This document shows positions 1 through 13,105 of a stretch of 64,000 nt of DNA, piece by piece. This DNA is from the human T2T-CHM13v2.0 reference genome, Homo sapiens. The position numbers and the translations under genes were made by a program. Numbering within the stretch: position 1 is the first letter of the stretch; every line of letters starts with the position of its first letter. Where the stretch lies: the NCBI RefSeq assembly GCF_009914755.1, contig NC_060939.1; one strand, 5' to 3'. The notes under the pieces are model-generated. The model ran no database searches and was not told where the DNA came from. It saw nothing but the letters and a program-made list of their open reading frames with translations.

Positions 1-109
1 GAGGGATCCGCTACCATGATCCAAACACCTCCCACCGGGCTCCACTTCCAACATTGGGTATTACAATTCAGCATGGGATTTGGAGGGGACAAACGTACAC
101 ACTTTATCA
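1..109 (-). mobile_element. MaLR LTR (MST family), 5' portion, cut by the window edge
   Basis: Reverse complement begins TGATAAAGTGTGTACGTTTGTCCCCTCCAAATCCCATGCTGAATTGTAATACCCAATGTTGGAAGTGG, a typical MST LTR start. Confidence 0.85.
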
Positions 110-1315
110 ATAATGTATTAATCATCGTTATTTTAAGTTCCTGGTCTGATAATACCAATATCTGAGTCGTCCCTGAGTCTGATTATGACGACTGCTTTAT
201 CTCCTTGGCCTATGTTTTTCTTCCTTTTTGACATACATTGTGATTTTTCTTCTTGTTGAAATTTACTGGGTAACGGAAACTAAGATAGACAGGCTTTTAG
301 TGTGAAGATTTATTTTAATCTAGCTTGGAAGTGGATAGTGTTTAATGTTGTAGCTATAGGCACAAAAAGCTTCTAGCTCATGTTGTGTTTTTGTTGTAAT
401 CTCCTCTTGGCTTTGTGGCTTCTTTTCATATTGCTCCTCAGAGTCTGTATCTTGCAGCACTTCCTGTAGTAATTTACTGTTGTTACTCCTGGAGGGTTGT
501 TAATGGGGTGGTAGAGTGTAGAGGAGAAAGCTAGTTCTCTAATATTCTTAGTAAGCCTTAGTCTTTTAATGGGTCTGTTTCTCAAAAGTATGGATTTCAG
601 CAGTGTTTTTGTCCCACCTTTTGGGGTAGAGATTCCCCTTGCTATTGCCTCTTAGTCTATTACCCAGCTATTCCATTCCCAGCCTATATATTTGACCTGT
701 GTCCTCTGTAAATTATGGTTCTTATGTACTTGATTTTCCTTAGGCATAACAGAAAGGCTGGTGCAGGCTGGAGTGGAGCAGAGATCACCTCCCTCAGCTA
801 GGATAAGGTCTCAGAATTGCCCTCTAAAAAGTTCTTCCCCATGGAAACCAGGCCTTTGTTAGGTACAAGAGTCTGGAAGGGCTTAACTATCTCTCCTCTT
901 CCTCTTTTCTTGCCAGGGTCACATGGGGAGCTTTCTCCTGTCTCCACCGTGAAAATTTGGTGGGGTTCCTGGAGGGAAAGCCCACAAAAGTTTACAGTCT
1001 TACCTATGACTGTGGCCCTCAGGAGCTTATCCTTCTCATACTAATGTGCACTTAATCTCCAGCCATTCATCAGAATAATCATTTAGTTGTTTCTACAGGT
1101 TTGTTTTGCCCCAAGTAAGAAGATCCTGAGTCCTGTATATCTCTGAATGGGCCTAACACTCCAGATTTCATGGTGGTAGTCTGTCCTGCAACCTCATCTC
1201 TCTGATGGAGCCAAGAAATGTCATTGGCTTCAGGTTTCTTCTAGTTTTTACTTATTATGAGGGCAGGAGTCATAACTTTTAAGCCTTTGATATGTCAAAG
1301 CTAAAACTGGAAGTC
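110..1315 (-). mobile_element. Old L1M 5' region (5'UTR/ORF1 remnants)
   Basis: Antisense L1M-like text (ttttaagttcctggtctgataat...), ending in ...ctggaagtc, like an L1M 5' terminus; heavily diverged. Confidence 0.5.
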
Positions 1316-1319
1316 TTCT

Positions 1320-2780
1320 CATTGATTGATTTTTTAATGTTAAACTAACCTTGCAGGTCTAGGATAACCACCACTGGTCATGATGTATTATTCTTTTTAT
1401 ACATTCACTGTTTTGATTCACTAACATTTTGTTAATCATTTTTGGGCATATGCTTATTGAGAATATTGTTTTATAATTTTCTTATAGCCTTTCTCCTTTT
1501 GGTGTATCAGGCTAATATTTCCCTCAAAAAATTAGCTGAGATTTCTGAGAGGATCTTTTTATGTTGGACTGGGATTATTTGTTTCTTAAATATTTGATAT
1601 AATTTATCAGTGTGCATGCTTCTGTGTTTGCATGGTATGTTGTATAAATGTCAATTAGTTCAAGTTTATTTACAATAGCATTCAAGTCTTATATATTTTA
1701 CTAATTTTCTGTCTGTCTGTTCTATCAACTTTTGAGAAAAGAGAGCTTAATGTTCCAGCTATAAGACTGGCCTATTCATCCTATCTGTTAACTTTTAGTA
1801 TACGTATTTTGCAGCTCTATCATTTGGTATGTGATTATTTTGACTTTTTCATGAATTAACTTAATAATTGTTATTTATCCCTGGTTATATTCCTTTAGTG
1901 TGAAGGAATCTTATGTTTTTTGTTTGACATGCAGCTTTCTTATAGTTAAAGTAATTTATCTGTGCTTTATATTTAAAGTGTGTTTATACCATCACTTTGT
2001 CACCAGGATATAGTTGGCTCTTGATTTTTATTTTATATATTTTTACATAGATAGGGTCTTGTGCTATCACCCAGGCTGGTATGCAGTGGTGCAATCATAG
2101 CTCACGGTAACCTCCAGCTCCTGAGCTCAAGTGATCCTCCTGCCTCATCCTTCAGAATAGCTATGATTATAGGAACACACCACCATGCCCAGGTCATTTT
2201 TAAAAAGCTTTTCTAGAAACCTGTTCTTGCTGTGTTGCTAAGGCTGGTCTCAAACTCCTGGCCTCAAGTGATCATCCCACCTTGACCTCCCAAGGTGTTC
2301 GGGTTACAGGTGTGAGCCGCTGCACCTGGCTAGTCTTGATTTTTTATTTGGGTTAATGGAGACTCCAATCTCTGTCTTTTAATTGGAATGCTCACAGCAT
2401 TTACATTAAATGTAAGTATTGATATGGTGGTTTAAAAGATACATTTTGCTATTGCTTTTCCATTTTTTCATATGTTCTTTGTTTCCTCTTTTGTCTGTTT
2501 CCTTCTTTTTGATTAATTTAGTATTCCAGTTCATCTTCACTCATACCTTCTTATATTACCTTTTAGCTACAACTTTGTGTATTACTCTTCAGCTGTTTTC
2601 TACATTTAGCAATGTGTGTCCTTAACTTGTCAAAGTTTATCTTCAAGTAGTGTTATTTCATAAATAATACAATAATTAAAGTAGTATACTTTCATTTCTC
2701 CTGTCCTTTTCTCTCTTTTGCTTTTATCATATATTTTACTATATGTGTGTATTAATTCCTATAATGTGTTTTCCTTTTAA
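1320..2780 (-). mobile_element. Old L1M/L1ME ORF2 fragments, interrupted by an Alu
   Basis: Antisense ORF2-like stretches (ggtcatgatgtattattctttttatac; tctgtcttttaattggaatg...catttacatt). Confidence 0.6.
2031..2331 (-). mobile_element. AluJ
   Basis: Dimeric Alu with J-type gtgcaatcatagctcac and ctcaagtgatcctcc; flanking direct repeat tcttgattttt at ~2019 and ~2334. Confidence 0.95.
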
Positions 2781-2789
2781 TTTTCAGAG

Positions 2790-3870
2790 CTGTAAATATT
2801 TAATATATACAACTTGAGGTATTTGGAGATAAGTATATACCTGTGAAACCATTGTAACTATCAATGCCATAAACTTATCTATCATCTCAAAAAATTTTCT
2901 CCTGCCTTCCTTTTTTTGTTGTTGTGGTTAGAGCACTTAACATAAGATCTACCCCCTTAGCAATTTTTAAATATTACAATACAGTATTTTAAATTATAGG
3001 TTCTATGTTACTGATTAGATTTCCAAAACATATTTATTTTGCATAACTAAACCTTTAATTCTTTAACGAATACCACCCTGTTTCCACCTCCACCAGCTCC
3101 TGGAAACTATCATTCTACTTTCTGTTTCTATGTGATGATTTTAAACTCTACATTTACGTGAGATCACACAGTGTCTCTCTTTCTGTGTCTGGCTTATTTC
3201 TTTTAGCATAATGTCCTCCAAGTCCATCGATGTTGTTGCAAATGACAAGATTTCTGTCGTTTTTTGGGGTAATAATATTACTCTGTATGTATATACCACA
3301 GTTTTTAAATCCATATTTCTGTTGATTAACATATAGGTTGTTTCCGTATCTTGGCTTGGCTATTGTGATGAACGTTGTGTATTAGTCTGTTCTCATGCTG
3401 CTAATAAAGACATACCTGAGACTGGGTAATTTATAAGGAAAAAGAGGTTTAATGGGTTCACAGTTCTATGTGGCTGGGGAGGCATCACAATCATGGCAGA
3501 AGGCAAAAGGCATGTCTTACATGGTGGCAGACAAGAAATGGGCATGTGCTGGGGAACTCCCCTTTATAAAACCATCAGATCTCCTGAGAGTTATTCACTA
3601 TCACAAGCACAGCACGGGAAAGACCCACCCCCATGATTGAATTACCTCCCACCAGGTGCTTCCCACAACATGTGAGAATTGTGGAATCTACAATTGAGAT
3701 TTGGGTGGGGACACCGCCAAACCATATCATGTTGCAATGAACGTGGGAGTGCAGATATGTTTTCCAGCTCTAGATTTCAATCCCTTTGGATATATAACCA
3801 CTAGTGGGATTGCTGGATCATATGGTAGCTCTATTTTTAATTTTTTAAGGACACTCTGTATCATTTTCTA
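2790..3870 (-). mobile_element. L1MA/L1MB 3' end, split by a THE1 LTR
   Basis: Antisense L1 3'UTR/ORF2 end; ORF 3141-3332 (EILSFATTSMDLEDIMLKEISQTQK) resembles the L1 ORF2 C-terminus; L1 sequence resumes after 3734. Confidence 0.85.
3378..3729 (-). mobile_element. THE1 (B/C-like) solo LTR
   Basis: Complete LTR tgtattagtctgttctcatgctgctaataaagacatacc...ccaaaccatatca; 5-bp TSD cgttg (3373-3377) / tgttg (3730-3734). Confidence 0.93.
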
Positions 3871-4078
3871 TCACAATATGTTGTTTATTAATTTTGTAAC
3901 CTCTAATGCAATTGATTGATTTCCCTTGGAAACAGTTTTAATTTTTTGTATTTCCTTATTTTATCCAGTCAGCTGAAATACCATGAGGATATTGGATATA
4001 GCCCTCTTGATTTTAAGGACAGAGAAATTGAGGGAGATAAACCTCAATGTGGACAGCTCTGCGTAGGGTTAAATATGG

Positions 4079-4765
<687 letters not shown>

Positions 4766-4782
4766 GTTAATTCCTTCTCACC

Positions 4783-5142
4783 TGTCCTAGTCTGTCTGGG
4801 CTACTATAACGTAAATAATATAAACTGGCGGCTTCAACAAGAAACATTTACAGCTCATAGTTCTGGAGGCTGAACATCTGGGATGAGGGTGCCTTCATGG
4901 TTGGGCTCTGGTAAAGGATCCCTTCCTTGTTGCAGACTGCCATCTCCTTGTATCCTCACATAGTAGGGAGAAGGCAAGAGAACTCTCCGGGGTGCCTTTT
5001 ATAAGAGCACAAATTCCATTCATGAGGATTTCACTGTCATGACATTATCATCTCCCAAAGACCCTAACTCCTCATATCATTGCATCAGGGGTTAAGATTT
5101 TAACATCAATTTTGGGGGCACATAAACATTCAGTCCATAACA
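4783..5142 (-). mobile_element. MLT1A-like solo LTR
   Basis: tgtcctagtctgtctgggctactataac...ttttgggggcacataaacattcagtccataaca, matching the antisense MLT1A layout. Confidence 0.88.
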
Positions 5143-5164
5143 GCATTCCCTTAAACAACTTAAA

Positions 5165-5460
5165 GGCTGGGCACAGTGGTTCACACCTATTATCTCAGCA
5201 CTTTGGGAGGCCACAGCGGATGGATTGCTTGGGGGAGTTTGAGACCATCCTGGGTAACATGGCGAAACCCCATCTCTACAAAAATACAAAAATTATCCAG
5301 ACATGGTGGCGCATGCCTGTGGTCCCAGCTACTTGGAAGGCTGAGGTAGGAGGACTGTTTGAGCCCAGGAGGCAGAAGTCATAATGAGCCATGATTGCAC
5401 CACTGCACTCCAGCCTGGGTGACAAAGCGAGAACCTGTCTCAAAAAATGCAAAAGCAAAA
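5165..5460 (+). mobile_element. AluJ (Jb-like)
   Basis: Full dimer with A-rich tail; flanking repeat aaacaacttaa / aaacgacttaa. Confidence 0.95.
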
Positions 5461-6950
5461 CGACTTAAGTAATGTTGAAAACCACTGTTATAGTTCTTTT
5501 CATCTATTATCTTTGGTAATATTGGGTTATTCTATCTTAGTATAATGGTGTTATCTTCTCCATCAAAATTCAGTTTAAAGTGTTTCTTGTCCAGCTTAGC
5601 AAATCAACTGCCAATCATTTCATTCTTACTGGTTTTTCTAAGGTGTGCTCTATTTCCCTGTCACGAAGTCCTGGCGAGAGGTTCAGAAAACTAATTCTTA
5701 TAACAAGCCAACTATATTTCAATACAGAACTTTCCAAAGTATCAGACTTAAGTCAGCAAGAGAGTGTGTCTAGTTTATTTTCTAAGTACATTATCAAAAA
5801 TATTATTTGGGTTCCCTGTTGACCTCTTAAATTCTGTAATTTACACAAAAATACCACACTGCATAAATTATATGAGTGAGAATAAATATTTAGTTTATTG
5901 GAATTCTTGAGAAACAGGACAGACTACAAAATTTTCGTCACAGATTGTAGTATATCAAGGACAACCAGAAGGTGCGCTGACATGGATATTGAGCAAAGTG
6001 TTCAACATAGCCAAGTGAAAAATTTACAATGACAATAAAAAATTTTAGGCATTTGTGACATTTGCCAATGGCATAAAAATAAGCTTCGCTAAGTTTATAC
6101 CTGGAAGAAAAAAAATGTTTCCATATGACACTCCTACCCAACATAACATAAGTTATGTTATCATAACTTCAGCTGCACATCTCATGAGTGCATGCTTGCT
6201 ATGCAAATCATTGCTAGAAAAAATATTGTAGAGCAAATAAGTAGTACAAAATAATCAAACCAGAATTTAAAGGTAAGAAAATTATTAACTGTGTTGTGCC
6301 AATACAGCTATTGTAGTGAAAGGTAGGTACAACAATAATTTTTAAAATGTATGCATCACAATACTTGTTTCTGTGTGCACACACAGATATATTAATACCA
6401 AAGTTTCATCCTTTTATACCTTGAGCTAGGCAACTAGAAGAACTTATCTAGCAAATTATGCTATTCATAGTAATTTAATAACTTGCAAAATCTTCAATGT
6501 AACACTAAAATAGTATGTGAATGATTAGCTATATTTATTTCTATGTGTCACACTTATTTTTGGCTGATAGTAGTAGTGATGGGGGATATTTTATTTGACC
6601 TCATGACAACTCACTCAACTTTTCTTCTTGGCTGGAAAGCTTTCTAGGTCTAAGGTTACTGAAAACAGTGATCATTTAGGTGAGAACCCTTGTTTGTGAT
6701 ACGGCGTGTCAAAATAGCCATATATAAGAAAGTTGTACATAAAGAAGTAGTTATATTTTGGAAGCTCATGTATTTTCTGACAAGGTGAAGCAAAGTTTAC
6801 TTGCAAGCTCTTTCGGCTCATTTGCTTTCATTGCCTGTCCACCTGTTTCAGCTGGTTTGTTATCTTTAGAGCCATGGAATTGCAGTCCATCTAATTCAAC
6901 CTGCAGTACTCAGTTCATTTAACTAGGTCAATGGCTGGCTATGTCAGAGG

Positions 6951-6953
<3 letters not shown>

Positions 6954-6985
<32 letters not shown>

Positions 6986-7028
6986 ATTCGTGTATCTGTG
7001 TGTGGTGTTGTTGTTGGGTGTGTGTGTG
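6954..7028. repeat. (TG)n microsatellite with degenerate tail
   Basis: Pure TG run 6954-6983, then TG/TTG-rich sequence. Confidence 0.95.
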
Positions 7029-7289
7029 GTTTTTTCCACTGAAAAGAGAACTAACCAATCAATTTTTTAAAAAGTCTCATAGAAAATGTGTTCATTATAA
7101 ATCCCTAGTCAGATTTAGTCAGACTTAGTAAGTTTTTCTGGAAGTGTCATTAGTCTCAAACAATGACAGTGTTTTCCTAAGTAAGACCTCAGATCCTCCA
7201 GGGAGTCACCCATCACTAAGTGACACAGAAAATCATGGCTAAATGTGAACAGTAGTTATTACTGAGGCATGAATATTGAGGAGGTCTTT

Positions 7290-7461
7290 TTTCTTAATTT
7301 TTACATTTTTAAAAAAAGTTTTACTTCAAGTTCTGGGATACACATGCTGAAAGTGGAGGTTTGTTACATAGGTATACATGTGCCATGGTGGTTTGCTGCA
7401 CCTGTCAGCCCATCATCTAGGTTTTAAGCCCTGCATGCGTTAGGTATTTGTCCTAATGTTC
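7290..7461 (-). mobile_element. L1PA extreme 3' end (short, 5'-truncated)
   Basis: ttcaagttctgggatacacatg...gtttgttacataggtatacatgtgccatggtggtttgctgcacc, the canonical L1PA 3'UTR in antisense. Confidence 0.92.
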
Positions 7462-7759
7462 CTGGGGAGGACTGTCTTTAACCATGGTATGCACTATTCT
7501 ATTATTTGCATTTTTTAATAGTGAGACTTATTTCATTTGAATTACAAAATAACAACAGAAAAAATAGTTAAGGAGACAGATGGTTTTACAGTGTTTCTGT
7601 GTAACTATACATTGAGCCAGGCCATGAGATGATGGAATTGAAGGGACCACATAGATACAGCTTTAGTTGTACTTTGCCATTTTGAACAGCCGTGAGCAAC
7701 CCTGAACCATTCGCTTCCTTTCTTTTGCCTATCTGCCTTTCTTCTCATTGTTATTCCTT

Positions 7760-8310
7760 TTTTTAACTGAAGTGAAATTCACCTAACATAAAATTTGTAC
7801 ATTCACAGTGTTGTGCAACCACCATGTCTACCAAGTTCCAAAACATTTTAACCACCTCAAAAGAAAAGCCTGTACCCAATAAGCAGTTATTTCCTATGTT
7901 CCTTTCTCCCTACCCTTCAAAACCACCAATGTGCTTCCTGTCTGTGTGGATTTATATAACATGGATATTTCCTATAGAAGAAATCTCACATGGCTCTTTG
8001 TGTACCTTTTCATATAGCATAACACTTCCAAGGTTCATGCACATTGTGTCATGTATCAGTACTTCATTTCTTTATATGGTTGAATAATGTTCCATTGCAT
8101 GGATATACCACAATTTGTTTATCCATTCATTCTTTAGTGAACATGTAGGTTGTTTCCACCTTTGGCTGTTATGAATAGTGCTGCTATAAACATTCATGTA
8201 AAAGTATTTGTTTGAATGTGTTCTCAGTTCTTTTGGGCATATACCTAGTAATGGAATTGCTGGGTTGTCTGATAATTTAATGTTTAACTTTTTGAGAAAT
8301 CACCTGTTTC
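7760..8310 (-). mobile_element. L1MB 3' end
   Basis: gtgaaattcacctaacataaaat...ttgtgcaaccacc...gaatagtgctgctataaacattcatg. Confidence 0.85.
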
Positions 8311-8409
8311 CCGAAGGGTGCTACTAGATTTTGATCCTTCATTTTCTGTTTTCCATTTTCCTCTCCTCTTTTTACCTGACAACTCTGCTCTTCTTAAGGG
8401 AGGCAACTG

Positions 8410-8610
8410 TTATGTTGTAGAGAAAGCACTTGTGGGTCAGGCCTACATCTTACTGTGAAGTTGGGCAAATCATTCAATTATCAGTTCTCTGAGACTCAAT
8501 TTTGTCCCTGGATAATGTAGGACACTGATAATGTCTACTTCATGCAGTGTTGGAAAGATTAAATGTTATAAAGTATGTTAAAGTGCTTGGACATTTGATA
8601 ATTATTGAAA
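8410..8610 (+). mobile_element. MIR
   Basis: MIR core (tgtgaagttgggcaaatcattcaa...ctctgagactcaattt...gattaaatg...aaagtgctt). Confidence 0.7.
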
Positions 8611-8934
8611 CATGAGTTGAACAGAGTCAAATAATTTTCTAAGGCATAGGAGAGCATTTTCCAGTCTCTTGAACTCCTCCGTTTCTACCCCATTCCACAT
8701 TAGAAGTCTGCATCCATTATGACACAATTATGCAATTACAGCCACATTAAAATTTAGCTAAGAAAGATACAGAAGAGAAAGAATGAATACATTAGCTGGG
8801 TAGTTATGCTTTACTTAACTTTATTCCTTCTAAGGGCTGTAAGTGTCAGTCTGTTAGGGAAGAAAGTCTGCTTTGATACTCTGCAAGTTCTGAATGATGA
8901 ACATTTTGCTTTCTAGGAATTTTATTCTGTATTC

Positions 8935-9522
8935 ATCTAAAATCATCATTACTCCTCTGCCTAGAATACTCAGAATCTACCCCTTCCAAGTCAGAGGACA
9001 ATCTGGAGTCATCACTATGGTCTGGGAGGCCCTTCATGATTCGATGGGCAACACCTCCCTGACCTCATTCTCTGCACTCTCCAGTAGCTCATTCTGCTCT
9101 AGTGACACTGGTTTTTCAATCCTACCTCCAGCACACCATGTACACTCCAATGCATCCTTTGCATTTCTTCCTTCTGGAGTGCTCTATCTGCAGAAATCAA
9201 CATAACTAACTCCACAGTTCTTTCATGCCAAGTCAATGGGTACCTTAACAGAGAAGTTTTCTCTGAACACTTCATATAAAATAATTTCTCTATCCTACTG
9301 TTACTTTCTATTCTCTTAATCCAAGTTTATTTTTGTCTTTGTCATAACACTAGTCATCTTCTGCAGTGTTATTTGTTCATTTATTTATTTACTTATTGCA
9401 TGTCTTTTCCCACTACAATATAAGTTTCTGAGGGCAAACCCTTTGTTTTCTTGCTCACTGCTCTTTACTTGGTACCAAAAAGAGTGTCTGGTACATAGTA
9501 GGTGTCTTAATAAATATCTGTG
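8935..9522 (+). mobile_element. L2 3' end
   Basis: Ends with the L2 terminal motif gtgtctggtacatagtaggtgtcttaataaatatctg. Confidence 0.8.
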
Positions 9523-10559
9523 CCAAAATGACTATTAATACAAGTAATAATACTATAAAACATCTTTCTCAGAAATATTACACGAATTATGCAAACATAA
9601 ATTTGCTCATTGAAGCAAAATTAAAACTTTTGTCAAATTCGCCCCTTATATCCCAATGAAATATGACAGATTTAAATGTAGAACATATTTTTATGTAGGT
9701 TATAAGCTCTCACAGGCTGCCCTTTTATATTTGTTATAGGAAATAGCCTATTATGAGTGTTGAATTAATATGGATCATGATTGATTTAAAATGCATGGTG
9801 TTTTGTGCTGGTATTCAGCCAACATCTATATTCAATTAAATAATCATTACAGTTGCCAGCAGTTGTGCATTACACTAATGGCAAGAGATACACTTGCAGG
9901 GGCTGAATTTTATTCTGGGATGATATAGGTGCCATCCCAAGTCTGAGAGAGATGCTGAAATGTGAAATTCTGATCTCATAAATTAGTATGTGCAGAGTGG
10001 AGAGTCAACTCATACGAGTACCTAATTGTAAAATCTCCGTGTGCACATAAAAAGAAAACAAAGGGATTCCTTGATTTTATTGAGTTTGAGGGATAAACTG
10101 GAGAACAGATTTGCATTAAGTTTAACTGCAATATGTGTCACTTTTCCTCCTAGTTAGATCTGCAGGCAACATCTCATTCTGGAGCTGATTCACCTGCTCT
10201 GCCAGGTGTCCTCACCCACCATATGTATAAATATTTGTCTAAATTCTTCCTTTTTTGTCATTCTGTTTATGTGTATATTAGAAGAACCAGAGCCAATTTG
10301 CTAGAGAAGAGCAGCTTTTCCAGCTTTCTTTTGGCTGTTGATGTCTTTGGTCGCTCTGAATAGTCCCTCTTATACTTGGCTGGTAAGAGACAAATTTTTC
10401 TGAGCTAAAAGCAGCCTTGGTGCATTAGAAACTAAAAGAAAAAGGTAACCTATTATCTTTCCAAGAGTCTCAAGTCACATATATGTGTTAGCATCTTTTC
10501 AACATGCCTGTTTTGCTGGGAATCATTTTATGTTCACATCTTTTTTTGTCGTGGCAAGA

Positions 10560-10680
10560 TTATTGGTTTTGAAGTCAGACAGGTTTGGATTTGAATTTCA
10601 CCTTTTTCTCTCTAGTTCTGCCATCTTGAGCAAATTGCTTGATCTCCCCAGACCTCAGCTTGCTCATCCGTGAAATGTGT
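10560..10680 (+). mobile_element. MIR fragment
   Basis: ttttgaagtcagacaggtttggatttgaat...cttgagcaaattgcttgatctcccc. Confidence 0.65.
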
Positions 10681-11640
10681 GAAACTGTAGTGCAGAGGTA
10701 CTGTGCAGTTTTCTCCTTCAGATTCCTGCTCACGGGTCACCTTTTCTGAGAGACCTTCCCTAACCACACTCCGCAGAAAGACACCCCTGCCCCAGTGCAT
10801 AGATAGTATCTAATGTGATGTCTGGTCCATAAGGAAGGCTCAGTTCATAAATACACCCTTATCTTTGTGGAGTCAACAGAGGAGGTGCTGAGATTCAAGA
10901 ACCTGGTGGGTTAATAGTGTGCTTGGCTGGATTAATGAAATCAAAACATTGGACCCAGTGTAGACACATATAGTCTTGAAAATAAGATAAACTTGTCCAT
11001 TTGCAGAGGGCTCAGAGGAGTAGACCAAGTTGCTTGCTAACAAGCCAACAAGCAAGCAAACAAATAAAAATCAGTGTGGGCTCCACAGAAGGCAGAAAGT
11101 TGAATCTCATCAGTCAACATTCAGATCAAATCACAAAATCTTTCTCGATTATTTTATGTTATGTAATGTGATTGTCATGTGGATTTTGTGTAGAAGCAGT
11201 TTGGCATAGTGAAAATGTTGCTAAGCTAGCAATTAAAAATTAGGAGTTTAGTTCCTTCTTCCATTAAGTAGCTAAATAAAATTAAGAGGTTTGTAAGTCA
11301 TGTCCCTGAAAAATAAGCTTGCCTCCTTTCATTTTTAATCAGTATTATTATTTGAGAGAGACAGAGGGATGGTTGGTCTGTTTTATCATTTAGGCCTCCA
11401 GCAATCCTGACTTTCTGTGCTGATTTGCACCTAGAAAGTTCAAAGTAATTCCAAAGAGGATATGGTCAACCCTCATCCAGCTTGACCTATTTAGTGCAAA
11501 CATGATAGATATTTTCTTGGACCTATTTACTGTTAAAATATATTTTTGAGGTCACTATTACAGTTCTAAAGATGTAACTTACTAATATTAAATTACATTT
11601 GCAGGTAAAATGAAAATATCTATAGAGGCAGAGAGGCAAT

Positions 11641-11723
11641 TTCCTTTATACTCAACTGGTAAATGTGTTTCCCTGAGTTCTGTGAGCTGCTCCAGCAAAA
11701 TAATCAAACCCAAAGAGGGGGTT
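11641..11723 (+). mobile_element. MER21A LTR, left piece (5'-truncated)
   Basis: gtgtttccctgagttctgtgagctgctccagcaaaataatcaaacccaaagagggggttg; continues collinearly at ~19198 (tgggaaccc...). Confidence 0.8.
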
Positions 11724-12401
11724 GCTTTACCAGTCAGAAATTTCCATGTTTGTTCATTTGTTTCTGCCCACTGCATACTTCAGCAAATGGGGACTTACCC
11801 AGCTTATTTGGTCTGCTGCACCACTCTAGCCCGCAGCTCCTGGGCTGGCCCTGCTCCGCTGCCTCTTCCTGTGACATGAGTCAGCTGCTTGGTGCCAGTG
11901 GTGGGTGGGAGGGCTACTGTGGTATAGCTCCTTTCCACCTGCCATTTGGTGAGTCCCAACTCCTTGTCCCACATCCAAGAATAAGATTATGCAGACAACT
12001 GGAGGGTGAGCAAGGTGGAGAAGAGTTTTATTGAGCACCAGAACAGTTCTCAGTAGAGAAGGGACCAGAAGCAGGTAGTCCCCCACCCAAAAGCAGGTCA
12101 TCCCCACCCAAAGGTGGGTGGTTTCAAAGTGTGGCTCAGTCTGGGGTTTTTATAGGCTTAGGTGTGTGCTGTAGGTAGCCTTGGAAAAGGCAACATTTGA
12201 TTGGTTTATAAGCATTATTCGGGAAGAACTAATCAAGAAAGGGGGGGCAAACAGGAATAGAAGTTCTCACTCTGGTCAGGGACTGCATCTGGAACCGACA
12301 GCCTGGTTTTCAGGCTTCAGGCTGTCTTGGGTTGAAGGTCAGGTTTCACCAGGTACCTGCTCCCATCTGCCTAGGATTTTGTCTACGTCCTGCTGCTATC
12401 A
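11718..12401 (-). mobile_element. 3' LTR of the provirus (internally deleted)
   Basis: Starts TGATAGCAGCAGGACGTAGACAAAATCCTAGGCAGA on the minus strand, directly after the PPT; aligns to the 5' LTR minus ~300 bp. Confidence 0.88.
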
Positions 12402-12412
12402 ATCCCCCTTCT
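12402..12412 (-). other. Polypurine tract (PPT)
   Basis: AGAAGGGGGAT immediately before the TG of the 3' LTR. Confidence 0.85.
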
Positions 12413-12449
12413 GAAGAAGTACATCTAACTGCCATTAGGATAAGGACAG

Positions 12450-12886
12450 TGTGATGGTTAATACTGAGTGTCAACTTGATTGCATTGAAGAATACAAAGT
12501 ATTGATCCTGGGTGTGTCTGTGAGGGTGTTGCCAAAAAAGATTAACATTTGAGTCAGTGGGCTGGGCGAGGCAGATCCACCCTTAATCTGGTGGGTATGA
12601 TCTAATCAGCTGGCAGGGAACATAAGGCAGGCAGAAAAATGTGAAGAGGAGAGACGGGCCAAGCCTTCCAGCCTACATCTTTCACCCGTGCTGGATGCTT
12701 CCTGCCCTCGAACATGGGACTCCAAGTTCTTTGGTTTTGGGACTAGGACTGGCTCTCCTTCCTCCTCAGTTTGCAGACAGCCTATTGTGGGACCTTGTGA
12801 TCATGTGAGTTAATACTTTAAAAACTGTCCTTTATGAATATATATCCTATTAGTTATGTCTCTCTAAGAGAACCCTGATTAATACA
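12450..12886 (+). mobile_element. MLT2A1-like (HERV-L) solo LTR inside the provirus
   Basis: tgtgatggttaatactgagtgtcaacttgattg...gagaaccctgattaataca, with complete TG...CA termini. Confidence 0.93.
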
Positions 12887-12949
12887 AATGTGACTACCCT
12901 TTACTGCTTCATGCTGACAGGAGGCATTGTTTTGGGAGAACAGCAGTCA

Positions 12950-13105
12950 GATCTCTCTCAGATGCCTACCTAAGCATCCCCAGTAAGAGGGAGCCATTGT
13001 CCGGGGTTCTATTTGCATGACCAGTTGGAGTTTGATGGTCTGAAGGTGAGAAGAGGCAAACTGGGTTATTAGAAGACATGGATCAAAAAGAAATAAGGGG
13101 GTAAA
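12950..13105 (-). pseudogene. ERV env remnant (end of TM plus cytoplasmic tail)
   Basis: FTPLFLFDPCLLITQFASSHLQTIKLQLVMQIEPRTMAPSYWGCLGRH resembles gammaretrovirus-type env tails (FGPC..N...FVSSR...KLQM..QMEP.....Y..PLDRP). Confidence 0.75.
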
